32,000 bases of DNA. It comes from Rhodobacter capsulatus SB 1003. Its GTDB lineage: Bacteria; Pseudomonadota; Alphaproteobacteria; Rhodobacterales; Rhodobacteraceae. The notes beneath the pieces are model-generated. The model did no database searches, was not told the origin of the DNA, and was given only the letters and a program-made list of their open reading frames with translations. Below, one piece after another: positions 9,638 to 17,431 of this stretch. Made by a program: the position numbers and the translations under genes. Positions within the stretch are counted from its first letter, which is position 1. Each line of letters begins with the position of its first letter. The stretch covers positions 3,660,001 to 3,692,000 of the forward strand of contig NC_014034.1 of NCBI RefSeq assembly GCF_000021865.1, read 5' to 3'.

Positions 9638-9733
9638 GGTTTTCCTTGACCCGAAAGGACCCGGGGCGTATGGCCCCCGCGTCCGCATGCCGCGGGCCAT
9701 GTCTCCGCGACCATGTAAAAACGGTGATCCTGA

Positions 9734-10354
9734 ATGCGCTACCTGCCCGGCATCCTTGCCATGGCCACGATTGTCGTGGCCTCGAACATCCTCGTGCAAT
9801 TCCTTTACGGCCAATGGCTGACGCTCGGGGCCTTCACCTATCCTTTCGCCTTCCTCGTCACCGATCTGACGAACCGGCTGCAGGGCCCGCGGGCCGCCCG
9901 GATCGTCGTCGTCTCGGGCTTCGTCGTCGGCGTGATCTGTTCGCTGATCGGTTCGCAGATCATCGGCGAATTCGGCCCGCTGGTCAGCTTCCGCGTCGCT
10001 TTGGCCTCGGGCCTGGCCTTCCTTGCCGCGCAGCTGACCGACGTGACCATCTTCAACCGGCTGCGCCATCGCGGCGGCTGGTGGCGGGCGCCGCTGGTCT
10101 CGACCCTGATCAGCGCCAGCCTGGACACGATGGTCTTCTTCACTGTCGCCTTTGCCGCCGCGCTGAGCTTCCTGGAACCCGGCAATGACGTGACCTGGGC
10201 CAATGAAACCCTGCCGCTTCTGGGCTTCGGCCCCGCCCTGCCGCTGTGGATTTCGCTGGGTGCGGCCGATTGGTGCGTAAAAATTGCGCTTGCCATTGTT
10301 GCGCTGCTGCCTTTCCGGGCGATCGTCTGGCGGTATTCGCCAAAGGTTGCGTAA
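9734..10354 (+). CDS. yhhQ: queuosine precursor transporter YhhQ (VUT/DUF165 family)
   Basis: 206-aa polytopic protein. MRYLPGILAMATIVVASNILVQFLYGQWLTLGAFTYPFAFLVTDLTNR matches the conserved YhhQ N-terminus. Confidence 0.85.
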   Translation: MRYLPGILAMATIVVASNILVQFLYGQWLTLGAFTYPFAFLVTDLTNRLQGPRAARIVVVSGFVVGVICSLIGSQIIGEFGPLVSFRVALASGLAFLAAQLTDVTIFNRLRHRGGWWRAPLVSTLISASLDTMVFFTVAFAAALSFLEPGNDVTWANETLPLLGFGPALPLWISLGAADWCVKIALAIVALLPFRAIVWRYSPKVA

Positions 10355-10381
10355 TTTAACTTGCCATACACCAAATCTGTG

Positions 10382-10598
10382 CCACCCTTTCCCTATCGGC
10401 AACACGCATGAAAGGAGGTGGTCCAGTGTCTAGAGTGATATTGGAGAGAGGTGTCGGGACAGTCAGGGGGGCCGAGGCCTGAGGGCAACCCCAAGGGTCG
10501 CAGACCCTGGCTGGGACGGAGGATCTGATCCAGACCCTAACCGGACCATCTCCGTAGATCTCGGGGGTCGCAGGCCAAGCCCGCGACCCTTTTACTTT
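10382..10598 (+). ncRNA. candidate small RNA or cis-regulatory leader (family unknown) ending at an intrinsic terminator
   Basis: This stretch is less GC-rich than its flanks and has no credible CDS. Hairpin 10382-10421 buries AAAGGAGGTG. There are several internal hairpins and repeats, and a strong terminator at the 3' end. The 5' end is not determined. Confidence 0.3.
10565..10598 (+). terminator. rho-independent terminator 1
   Basis: GGGTCGC(a)GGC-CAA-GCC(c)GCGACCC followed by TTTTACTTT. Confidence 0.7.
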
Positions 10599-10615
10599 GC
10601 GACTTTTCGACCGTG

Positions 10616-10641
10616 GCGGGCCAATCGGCCCGCTTTTTCGT
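10616..10641 (+). terminator. rho-independent terminator 2 (tandem)
   Basis: GCGGGCC-AATC-GGCCCGC followed by TTTTTCGTT, about 17 nt after terminator 1. Confidence 0.7.
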
Positions 10642-10710
10642 TGCGGGGGCTGGAATTGCGGGGCCACCCGTGGCAATCCGGAACCGGCATCCAAGGGGGC
10701 GGAGCGCAAG

Positions 10711-10953
10711 ATGGACGACAGCGACATTTCCGGCATGACGTTCGAGCAGGCGATGGCGGCGCTTGAACAGGTGGTCAACCAGCTGGAACGCGGCGAGGTG
10801 GCGCTGGACCAATCCGTCCGGCTTTCCGAACGCGGGGCGAAGCTGAAGGAGCGCTGCGCGATGCTGCTCAAGGAAGCCGAGGAACGGGTCGAAAAGATCC
10901 TGCTGGGCGAAGGCGGGGTGCCCGCGGGCACCGTTGCGGTGGAAGGACTCTGA
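10711..10953 (+). CDS. xseB: exodeoxyribonuclease VII small subunit
   Basis: 80 aa: MDDSDISGMTFEQAMAALEQVVNQLERGEVALDQSVRLSERGAKLKERC. GGAG lies 6 nt upstream. The track start at 10597 (TTG) would read through both terminators and is rejected. Confidence 0.9.
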   Translation: MDDSDISGMTFEQAMAALEQVVNQLERGEVALDQSVRLSERGAKLKERCAMLLKEAEERVEKILLGEGGVPAGTVAVEGL

Positions 10954-11819
10954 TGTTTTCCGAACGTTTGAAAGAGATTCAGGACGCCGTGGAAACGGCG
11001 ATGGCGGCGGCGATCGGGCGTCTGCCCGCGGGCGATCTGCGCGATGCGATGGCCTATGCGGCGCAGGGCGGCAAGCGGCTGCGCGCCTTCCTTGCCATCG
11101 AATCCGCCGCGATCCACGGGATTTCGATGGCACAGGCGATGCCCGCGGCGCTCGCGGTCGAGGCGCTGCATGCCTACAGCCTTGTCCATGACGACATGCC
11201 CTGCATGGACAATGACGATCTGCGCCGCGGCCTGCCGACCGTGCACAAGAAATGGGATGACGCCACCGCCGTTCTGGCGGGCGATGCGCTGCAGACGCTG
11301 GCCTTCGAGCTTTGCACCGATCCGGTGCTGGGATCGGCCGAAAATCGCGTCGCGCTGGTTGCCGCGCTGGCGCAGGCCTCGGGCGCCGAGGGGATGGTTT
11401 ACGGCCAGGCCCTTGATATTGCTGCCGAAACCGCCGCGGTGCCGCTGACTTTGGACGAAATCATCCGCCTGCAGGCGGGCAAGACCGGGGCGCTGATTTC
11501 CTTTGCCGCGCAGGCGGGCGCGATCCTCGCGGGCGCCGACCGCGGGCCGCTGACCGCCTATGCCACGGCGCTGGGCCTAGCCTTCCAGATCGCTGACGAC
11601 ATTCTGGATGTCGAAGGCAACGAGGAAGCGGCGGGCAAGCGGCTGGGCAAGGATGCCGAGGCGCACAAGGCCACTTTCGTCTCGCTTCTGGGTCTGGCGG
11701 GGGCGAAATCCCGCGCCGCGGATCTTGTGGCCGAGGCGGAAGCCGCCCTTGCGCCCTATGGCGAAGCCGCCTCTACCCTTCGCGCCTGTGCGCGCTATGT
11801 GATCGAACGCGACAAGTGA
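10953..11819 (+). CDS. ispA: farnesyl diphosphate synthase (polyprenyl synthetase)
   Basis: Aspartate-rich motifs [17 protein letters not shown] and FQIADDILD. The ATG overlaps the xseB TGA (TGATG). Confidence 0.9.
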   Translation: MFSERLKEIQDAVETAMAAAIGRLPAGDLRDAMAYAAQGGKRLRAFLAIESAAIHGISMAQAMPAALAVEALHAYSLVHDDMPCMDNDDLRRGLPTVHKKWDDATAVLAGDALQTLAFELCTDPVLGSAENRVALVAALAQASGAEGMVYGQALDIAAETAAVPLTLDEIIRLQAGKTGALISFAAQAGAILAGADRGPLTAYATALGLAFQIADDILDVEGNEEAAGKRLGKDAEAHKATFVSLLGLAGAKSRAADLVAEAEAALAPYGEAASTLRACARYVIERDK

Positions 11820-11829
11820 AGCGAGCCCC

Positions 11830-13740
11830 ATGAGCCAGCCCCCAGTGACCCCGATCCTCGACCGCGTGCGTCTGCCCTCTGACATGAAGGGGCTGAGCGA
11901 CCGCGACCTGCACCGCCTGGCCGATGAATTGCGCGCCGAGACGATCTCGGCCGTATCGGTGACGGGCGGGCATCTGGGCGCCGGGCTGGGGGTGGTGGAA
12001 CTGACCGTGGCGCTGCATGCGGTCTTCGACTGCCCGCGCGACAAGATCATCTGGGACGTGGGGCACCAATGCTACCCGCACAAGATCCTGACCGGGCGAC
12101 GCGACCGTATCCGGACGCTGCGCACCAGGGGCGGGCTCTCGGGCTTCACCAAGCGGTCCGAAAGCCCCTATGACGCCTTCGGGGCCGGGCATTCTTCGAC
12201 CTCGATTTCCGCGGCGCTGGGCTTCACCATGGCGCGGGAACTGGGGTCCGAATGCGGCGATGCCATCGCGGTGATCGGCGACGGCGCGATGACCGGTGGC
12301 ATGGCGTTTGAGGCCCTCAATCACGGCGGCCATCTGGGCAAGCGGATGTTCGTCATCCTGAACGACAATGAAATGTCGATCTCGCCCCCCGTCGGCGCGC
12401 TCTCGTCCTACCTGACGCGGCTTTACGCCGAAGCACCGATGCAGGATCTCAAGGCGATGGCCAAGGGCGCCGTCAGCCTTTTGCCCGAACCCTTCCAGGA
12501 AGGCGCGCGGCGGGCCAAGGAAATGCTCAAGGGCATGACCATTGGCGGCACGCTCTTCGAGGAGCTGGGCTTCGATTATGTCGGCCCGGTCGACGGGCAT
12601 GACCTTGAGACGCTCTTGCATCTCTTCCGCACGCTGAAGACGCGGGCGACGGGGCCGGTGCTGATCCATGCGCTGACGAAAAAGGGCAAGGGCTATGCCC
12701 CCGCCGAGAACCGCCCGGATCGCGGCCATGCCACGGCGCGGTTCGACGTGCTGACCGGCGCGCAGGTCAAGGCCGCCTCGAACGCGCCCAGCTACACCAA
12801 GGTCTTTGCCGAAAGCCTGATCGATCAGGCCTCGCGCGATGAAAAGATCGTCGCGGTGACGGCGGCGATGCCCGAAGGCACCGGGCTGAACCTTTTCGCC
12901 GAGCGCTTTCCGCGCCGCTGCTTCGATGTCGGCATCGCGGAACAGCATGGCGTGACCTTTTCGGCCGGGCTCGCGGCGGGGGGGATGAAACCCTTCTGCG
13001 CGATCTACTCGACCTTCCTGCAGCGCGGCTATGACCAGATTGTGCATGATGTGGCGATCCAGCGCCTGCCGGTGCGCTTTGCCATCGACCGCGCCGGTCT
13101 GGTGGGGGCCGACGGCGCCACCCACGCGGGGGCGTTTGACATCGGCTTCATGGCGAACCTGCCCGGCATGGTAGTGATGGCCGCCGCCGACGAGGCGGAT
13201 CTGGTGCACATGGTCGCCACCGCTGCGGCGCATGACGAGGGCCCGATCGCCTTCCGCTATCCCCGCGGCGAGGGGATGGGGGTGGATATGCCCACCCAAG
13301 GCGTGCCGCTTGAAATCGGCAAGGGCCGGATCATTTCCGAAGGCGCGCGGGTCGCGATCCTCTCCTTCGGCACGCGTCTGGCCGAGGTGCTGAAGGCGCG
13401 CGAGGCGCTCGCCGCCCGCGGCCTGGCGCCGACCGTGGCCGATGCCCGTTTCGCGAAACCGCTCGACAAAGATCTGATCCTGCGGCTTGTGGCCGAACAC
13501 GAGGCGCTCATTTGCATCGAGGAAGGCGCCGTGGGCGGTTTCGGCAGCCATGTGGCGCAATTCCTGTCGGAGCAGGGGGTGTTCGACCGCGGCTACAAGT
13601 TCCGCTCGATGGTGCTGCCCGACACCTTCATCGACCATGCCAATCCCGAGGACATGTATGCGGTCGCGCGGATGAACGCGGCGGATATCGAAGCGAAAGT
13701 GCTCGATCTGCTCGGCGTCGCGGTGGCGAAACGCGCCTGA
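11830..13740 (+). CDS. dxs: 1-deoxy-D-xylulose-5-phosphate synthase
   Basis: 636 aa. [18 protein letters not shown], the TPP-binding [15 protein letters not shown], and a transketolase-like C-terminus. The xseB-ispA-dxs order is canonical. Confidence 0.97.
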   Translation: MSQPPVTPILDRVRLPSDMKGLSDRDLHRLADELRAETISAVSVTGGHLGAGLGVVELTVALHAVFDCPRDKIIWDVGHQCYPHKILTGRRDRIRTLRTRGGLSGFTKRSESPYDAFGAGHSSTSISAALGFTMARELGSECGDAIAVIGDGAMTGGMAFEALNHGGHLGKRMFVILNDNEMSISPPVGALSSYLTRLYAEAPMQDLKAMAKGAVSLLPEPFQEGARRAKEMLKGMTIGGTLFEELGFDYVGPVDGHDLETLLHLFRTLKTRATGPVLIHALTKKGKGYAPAENRPDRGHATARFDVLTGAQVKAASNAPSYTKVFAESLIDQASRDEKIVAVTAAMPEGTGLNLFAERFPRRCFDVGIAEQHGVTFSAGLAAGGMKPFCAIYSTFLQRGYDQIVHDVAIQRLPVRFAIDRAGLVGADGATHAGAFDIGFMANLPGMVVMAAADEADLVHMVATAAAHDEGPIAFRYPRGEGMGVDMPTQGVPLEIGKGRIISEGARVAILSFGTRLAEVLKAREALAARGLAPTVADARFAKPLDKDLILRLVAEHEALICIEEGAVGGFGSHVAQFLSEQGVFDRGYKFRSMVLPDTFIDHANPEDMYAVARMNAADIEAKVLDLLGVAVAKRA

Positions 13741-13765
13741 GGCGCGGGCTGACCCGTCGAAAAGA

Positions 13766-13815
13766 GCGTATTTGAGCCAAGAAAAAGCCGATGTTTTTTC
13801 TTGGTGCAAATACGC
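13766..13815. repeat. AT-rich 50-nt palindromic (REP/MITE-like) element, copy A
   Basis: GCGTATTTGAGCCAAGAAAAA-GCCGATG-TTTTTTCTTGGTGCAAATACGC. It forms a 9+10 bp stem with a 2-nt internal mismatch. It lies between the convergent dxs and OCD-family genes. Confidence 0.8.
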
Positions 13816-13842
13816 AGCCTTCCTTGCGGCAAGGCGCGGCGG

Positions 13843-14760
13843 TCAGGCTTGCCGGGCCTGCCAACGGTCGCGGATGAAGCACGCCGTCATCAGATCCAGA
13901 TGCGCGCCACCGCCGTTCTTGCACAGGGTGATGTCCTCGGCGCTGTCGCGAACGAAGCGCCCCGCGGCGATGTCGTAGAAATCGGCCACCACATCGGCTT
14001 CGGAAATCACCCCGCGCGCCAGCGGGTCGCGGAATTCGCCGATATGGTGCAGTGTCGTCGCGCGGGCATCGCAAAAGAGCCGCGCCCGGCGCAGGGTCGC
14101 GTCGTCGGCCTCGCGCATGTCGGGGCGGAAAGCGCCGATCAGGTCGATATGGGTTCCCGGCTGCAGCCAGTCGCCGCGGAGCCAGGGCTCCTTCGCCATC
14201 GTCGTGCCGGCAACGATCTCGGCCGTGCCCAGCGCGGTTTCAAGGTCCCGCTCGACCCGGGCGCCAGTGGCCTCCGCCAGCGCCTCGGCACCGGCTTGCG
14301 AGCGGTTCCAGATCGTGAAACGGGCACCGGGAAAGGCCGCGCGATAGGCCTCGATCATCGAAGCGGCGACCTTGCCCGCGCCGCAGATCAGGATCTCGCG
14401 CGCCTCGGGCCGGGCCAGAAGCCGCGCCGCCAAAAGGCTGTCGCCCGCCGTCTTCCATTTCGTCACCAGCGCGAAATCAAGCACGGCCGAGAGACACCCC
14501 GTCCGGTCCTCCATCAGCATCACGCCGCCATTCACCGTGCCCAGATCCGGGGCGTTTCCGGGCACGATCGTCGCGGCCTTCACCAGCATGCCCAGCCCGT
14601 CGATCAGCGCGGATCGGGTCAGCAGCGTATCGGCGCCGCGATAAAGGAAGCTGTCGGCCACCTCCGCGCGGGGCAGGCGATGCCCGGCGCGGAAGGCCTC
14701 GGTCAGGGCGATCCAGTCAAGCTGCGCTTCGGCCTCGGGGCCGATCAGGGCGGGGGTCAT
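13843..14760 (-). CDS. ornithine cyclodeaminase / mu-crystallin family protein
   Basis: 305 aa. Rossmann motif ILICGAGKVAASMIEAY and family-typical KWKTAGDSLLAARLLARP. The ATG overlaps the HAD stop (ATGA). Confidence 0.8.
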   Translation of the reverse strand: MTPALIGPEAEAQLDWIALTEAFRAGHRLPRAEVADSFLYRGADTLLTRSALIDGLGMLVKAATIVPGNAPDLGTVNGGVMLMEDRTGCLSAVLDFALVTKWKTAGDSLLAARLLARPEAREILICGAGKVAASMIEAYRAAFPGARFTIWNRSQAGAEALAEATGARVERDLETALGTAEIVAGTTMAKEPWLRGDWLQPGTHIDLIGAFRPDMREADDATLRRARLFCDARATTLHHIGEFRDPLARGVISEADVVADFYDIAAGRFVRDSAEDITLCKNGGGAHLDLMTACFIRDRWQARQA

Positions 14761-15374
14761 GCGGCCTCTCCTTCGGTCAGAAAGCCCTCGGCCACAAGGC
14801 GGTCGGCCCAGCCTGCGGGGGTGGTGAAAAGATGCGTCTTCCAGCCCCGCGCGGCGGCGGCTTCGATGTTTTCGGGGCGGTCGTCGGCGAAAAGCAGATC
14901 GGCGCCGGAATAGCCCGTGCCCGCCTCCAGCGCCGCATAAAACCGCGGATCGGGCTTGATCAGGCCCAGATAGCCCGAGACGAAGAGCCGGTCGAAATTG
15001 GTCAGGAACGGATAATGGCGGCAGGCCAGTTCAAAGGTGCCGATACCGAAATTCGACAGCGCAAAGACCGGCACCCCCTTGGCGCGCAGGGCCGAAAGCA
15101 GGCGCACGGAATGGGGAATGGCCGGGGTGCACATGTCAAGCCAGTGGTCGTGCCAGGCCATCACCTCGGCCCGCCAGGCGGGGTGCAGATCGGCATGGGC
15201 GCGGACGGTTTCGGCAAAGGGCGCGCCAAGGTCAATGCGCTCGTTCATCGCGGCGATGCCGGTTTCGGCCCAGAAGGCACGGCGACGATCCGGGCCGATC
15301 AGGCGGTCGTAAAAGGCCTCGGGCTGCCATTCGACCAGTACCATGCCGATGTCGAAAACCACGGCTTTTGTCAT
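14757..15374 (-). CDS. HAD-superfamily hydrolase, YihX-like (DxG variant of motif I)
   Basis: 205 aa starting at ATG 15374: MTKAVVFDIGMVLVEW...VFALSNFG...GLIKPDPRFY...LLFADDRPENI. The track ORF extension up to 16304 is a shadow of the AEC gene. Confidence 0.85.
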   Translation of the reverse strand: MTKAVVFDIGMVLVEWQPEAFYDRLIGPDRRRAFWAETGIAAMNERIDLGAPFAETVRAHADLHPAWRAEVMAWHDHWLDMCTPAIPHSVRLLSALRAKGVPVFALSNFGIGTFELACRHYPFLTNFDRLFVSGYLGLIKPDPRFYAALEAGTGYSGADLLFADDRPENIEAAAARGWKTHLFTTPAGWADRLVAEGFLTEGEAA

Positions 15375-16288
15375 GTGTGCACCCATGCGATGACGGCGGG
15401 GATGGAAAGGATGGAAACCGCGGTCGAGATCAGGATCGCGGTCGAGACGCGCTGCGGCGCGACGCCGAAATGGGCAGCCAGGATGTAGACATTGCCCGCC
15501 ACCGGCAGCGCGGCGGCGGCGACCATGACGCCGGCGGCGAAGGGCTCGACCGGGAAGATCAGGAAGGCGGCAATCGCCACGGCCAGCGGATGCAGGACGA
15601 GCTTCGCCGCGGAAAGCCAGAGCGCGGGACCGAAGGTCTCGGCCGCGCGCCCGGCGAGCGAGGCGCCGATGGCGAAAAGCGCCCCGGGCGTGGCGGCACC
15701 GCCGAGGACCTTCATGAACTCCTCGAGCGGGCCCGGCATCGGCAGATGCACCAGCGCCCAGGCCAGCCCCGCCAGCATCGAAACGATCATCGGGTTCTTC
15801 GCCAGCCCCATCGCCAGCGGGCCGATGGCCACGCGGCCCTGCCGGGCATAGGTGACAATGAGCGTGATCAGCGTCGAAAACACGATCATGTCGGCGGCCA
15901 GCACCATCAGCACCGGTCCAGCCGCCTTCGGCCCCAAAAGCACGACCAGCATCGGCACGCCCAGAAAGCCGGTGTTGCCGGTCATCGCGGTATGGGCCTC
16001 CATCGCGGCCTCGGCCAGCGGCCGGGCACGCAGTTTCGCCACGGCGAAGCCCAGCACCCAGACGGCGATCGAGGCGGTCAGATAGGCGGCGAAAAAGGCG
16101 GGATCGAACAGCTCCGCAATCGGCAGCGTCGCGGTGAAGCGAAACAGCATCGCGGAAAGCGCGAAGTAGAAGACGAATTTCGTCAGCCAGGCCGTCGCCT
16201 CGGGCGGGAAGAAGCGCAGCCGCCCCGCCGCCCAGCCGAGCCCGATCAGCGCGAAGAACGGCAGTGTCTTCAGGAAGATCTCGATCAT
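15371..16288 (-). CDS. AEC (auxin efflux carrier) family transporter
   Basis: 305-aa polytopic protein: MIEIFLKTLPFFALIGLGWAAGRLRFF... The stop overlaps the HAD ATG (ATGA). Confidence 0.85.
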   Translation of the reverse strand: MIEIFLKTLPFFALIGLGWAAGRLRFFPPEATAWLTKFVFYFALSAMLFRFTATLPIAELFDPAFFAAYLTASIAVWVLGFAVAKLRARPLAEAAMEAHTAMTGNTGFLGVPMLVVLLGPKAAGPVLMVLAADMIVFSTLITLIVTYARQGRVAIGPLAMGLAKNPMIVSMLAGLAWALVHLPMPGPLEEFMKVLGGAATPGALFAIGASLAGRAAETFGPALWLSAAKLVLHPLAVAIAAFLIFPVEPFAAGVMVAAAALPVAGNVYILAAHFGVAPQRVSTAILISTAVSILSIPAVIAWVHT

Positions 16289-16335
16289 GCTGCAGGGCTA
16301 ACATGCCGCAGCACGCGGCACCAGCGAGGCGATGC

Positions 16336-16386
16336 GCGTATTTGCCCCAAGAAGAAACCCGTGGCTTTTTCCTGGCTCAAATACGC
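16336..16386. repeat. AT-rich palindromic element, copy B (inverted relative to copy A)
   Basis: The reverse complement GCGTATTTGAGCCAGGAAAAAGCCACGGGTTTCTTCTTGGGGCAAATACGC aligns with copy A at about 42 of 51 positions. It starts 4 nt after the mbfA stop codon. Confidence 0.8.
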
Positions 16387-16390
16387 CCTG

Positions 16391-17368
16391 TCAGCCGCCG
16401 CCAATCAGCGCGCCGGCGGCAAAGACCAGCGCGCCGCCCACCACCACCTGCAGCACGGCGCGGAAGAAGGGCGTTTCCATGTATCGGTTCTGGATCCAGG
16501 CGATCGCCCACAATTCGACGAAGACGACCACCATGGCTATCGCCGTCGCGGTCCAGAAATCCGGGATCAGATAGGGCAGCGCGTGACCCAGGCCCCCGAC
16601 CGCCGTCATCACCCCCGAGGCCAGCCCGCGCTTGAGCGGACTGCCGCGGCCCGAAATCACCCCGTCGTCATGCGCGGCCTCGGTGAAGCCCATCGAAATC
16701 CCGGCGCCGACCGAGGCGGCCAGCCCGACCAGCAGCGTCGTATGGGTGTCCTGCGTCGCAAAGGCGGTGGCGAAAATCGGCGCCAGCGTCGAGACCGAGC
16801 CGTCCATCAGCCCCGCCAGCCCGGGCTGCACCCAGGTCAGCACGAATTGCCGATGCGCCGAGGTGTCTTCCGCAGTCTTCGCCGCGCCGGTCAGATTGTC
16901 CTCGGTCAGGGTTTCGGCATGGCGTTCGTGGCGCGCCTCGGCCGCCGCCAGGTCCCCCAGAAGCTTGCGCGTCGCCGCGTCGGTCGTGTGTTTCGCGGCC
17001 TGCACATAAAAGGCCCCTGCCGTGCGTTCCATCGCTTCGGCCTCGGCCCGGATCGCCGCCAGCGAGAGATTCGCCGAAAGCCACATCGGCTTGCGGGCGT
17101 AAAACCCCGCCACATGTTCGCGGCGAATGAGCGGGATCACCTCGCCGAACCTTGCCCGGTGGCGCTCGATCAGGGCCTTGCGGTGGCCGTCTTCTTCCTC
17201 GGCCATGCCGTCGAAGACCGTCGCCGTCGCGGGGTATTCGGCGCGCAGGCGTTCGGCGAAACTGCGGTAGATCCGGGCGTCGTCCTCCTCCGAGGAGATG
17301 GCCAGCGCCAGAACCTCGCGCTCGGACAGGTCGGAAAAGCGGCGGCGGTTGGCAAGTGCGGAAAACAT
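16391..17368 (-). CDS. mbfA: membrane-bound ferritin-like / VIT1(CCC1) fusion, iron exporter MbfA type
   Basis: The N-terminal erythrin/ferritin-like domain has two ExxH sites (EEEDGHRKAL, AEARHERHAE). The C-terminal VIT1 membrane domain includes GLMDGSVSTLAPIF and GISMGFTEA. Confidence 0.85.
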   Translation of the reverse strand: MFSALANRRRFSDLSEREVLALAISSEEDDARIYRSFAERLRAEYPATATVFDGMAEEEDGHRKALIERHRARFGEVIPLIRREHVAGFYARKPMWLSANLSLAAIRAEAEAMERTAGAFYVQAAKHTTDAATRKLLGDLAAAEARHERHAETLTEDNLTGAAKTAEDTSAHRQFVLTWVQPGLAGLMDGSVSTLAPIFATAFATQDTHTTLLVGLAASVGAGISMGFTEAAHDDGVISGRGSPLKRGLASGVMTAVGGLGHALPYLIPDFWTATAIAMVVVFVELWAIAWIQNRYMETPFFRAVLQVVVGGALVFAAGALIGGG

Positions 17369-17379
17369 GGCGGCCCCAG

Positions 17380-17396
17380 TTTAGAATGATTCCAAC
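17380..17396. promoter_or_regulatory. Irr box / iron control element (ICE) at the mbfA promoter
   Basis: TTTAGAA-TGA-TTCCAAC matches 12 of 14 positions of TTTAGAA-N3-TTCTAAA. It lies 12 nt upstream of the mbfA ATG. It overlaps a candidate minus-strand promoter, TTGCAA (17421-17416)-N16-TATGTT (17399-17394). Confidence 0.6.
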
Positions 17397-17431
17397 ATAG
17401 ACGCTGTGTCGCATCTTGCAACCGATTGATG

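Noticed and set aside
9691-9727. preQ1-I-like riboswitch in the yhhQ leader: hairpin CGCGG-GCCATGTCT-CCGCG, then ACCATGTAAAAACGGTGA containing the SD. A candidate promoter TTGACC-N17-TATGGC lies at 9646-9674.
   Set aside because: The context is attractive, since YhhQ imports preQ0/preQ1 and hairpin plus A-tract plus SD is the right minimal layout. However, the conserved loop nucleotides (U-rich L1, and AC before the 3' stem) and the usual A-tract spacing are not matched. Infernal with RF00522, RF01054 and RF02680 would settle it.
6732-10405. Minus-strand ORFs 6732-8543 (603 aa) and 8717-10405 (562 aa).
   Set aside because: These are antisense shadows of the MFS gene and mepA, and of the phytase-like gene and yhhQ. 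Both have a typical high-GC shadow composition.
10408-10482. The 24-aa (or 18-aa from GTG 10426) mini-ORF behind AAAGGAGGTG, considered as a bona fide small protein gene.
   Set aside because: Its codon usage is the opposite of real genes here (AGA, AGG, ATA, TTG, TCT, ACA), and the peptide is featureless. I keep it only as a possible leader ORF within the structured-locus finding.
10460-10560. TPP (THI-box) riboswitch upstream of the TPP-dependent dxs.
   Set aside because: There are superficial similarities: GCCUGAGG...ACCCC and AUCUGAUCCAG against CUGAGA...ACCC and ACCUGAUCUGG. However, the invariant CUGAGA, the P4/P5 pairing and the GCG..AGGGA 3' segment are not reproduced. Only a covariance-model search could revive this.
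10597-10710. N-terminal extension of xseB (track start TTG 10597).
   Set aside because: It would translate through two strong intrinsic terminators. The XseB-like sequence begins at ATG 10711, which has a GGAG SD.
11773-13809. 678-aa minus-strand ORF opposite dxs.
   Set aside because: dxs on the plus strand is unambiguous. The shadow ORF even reads through the intergenic palindromic repeat.
15368-17389. 673-aa plus-strand ORF opposite the AEC transporter and mbfA. The 515-aa minus ORF 14757-16304 was also considered.
   Set aside because: The first is antisense shadow that crosses repeat copy B. The second is the real 205-aa HAD gene extended upstream through an alternative frame of the AEC gene. 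The HAD-like sequence starts only at ATG 15374.
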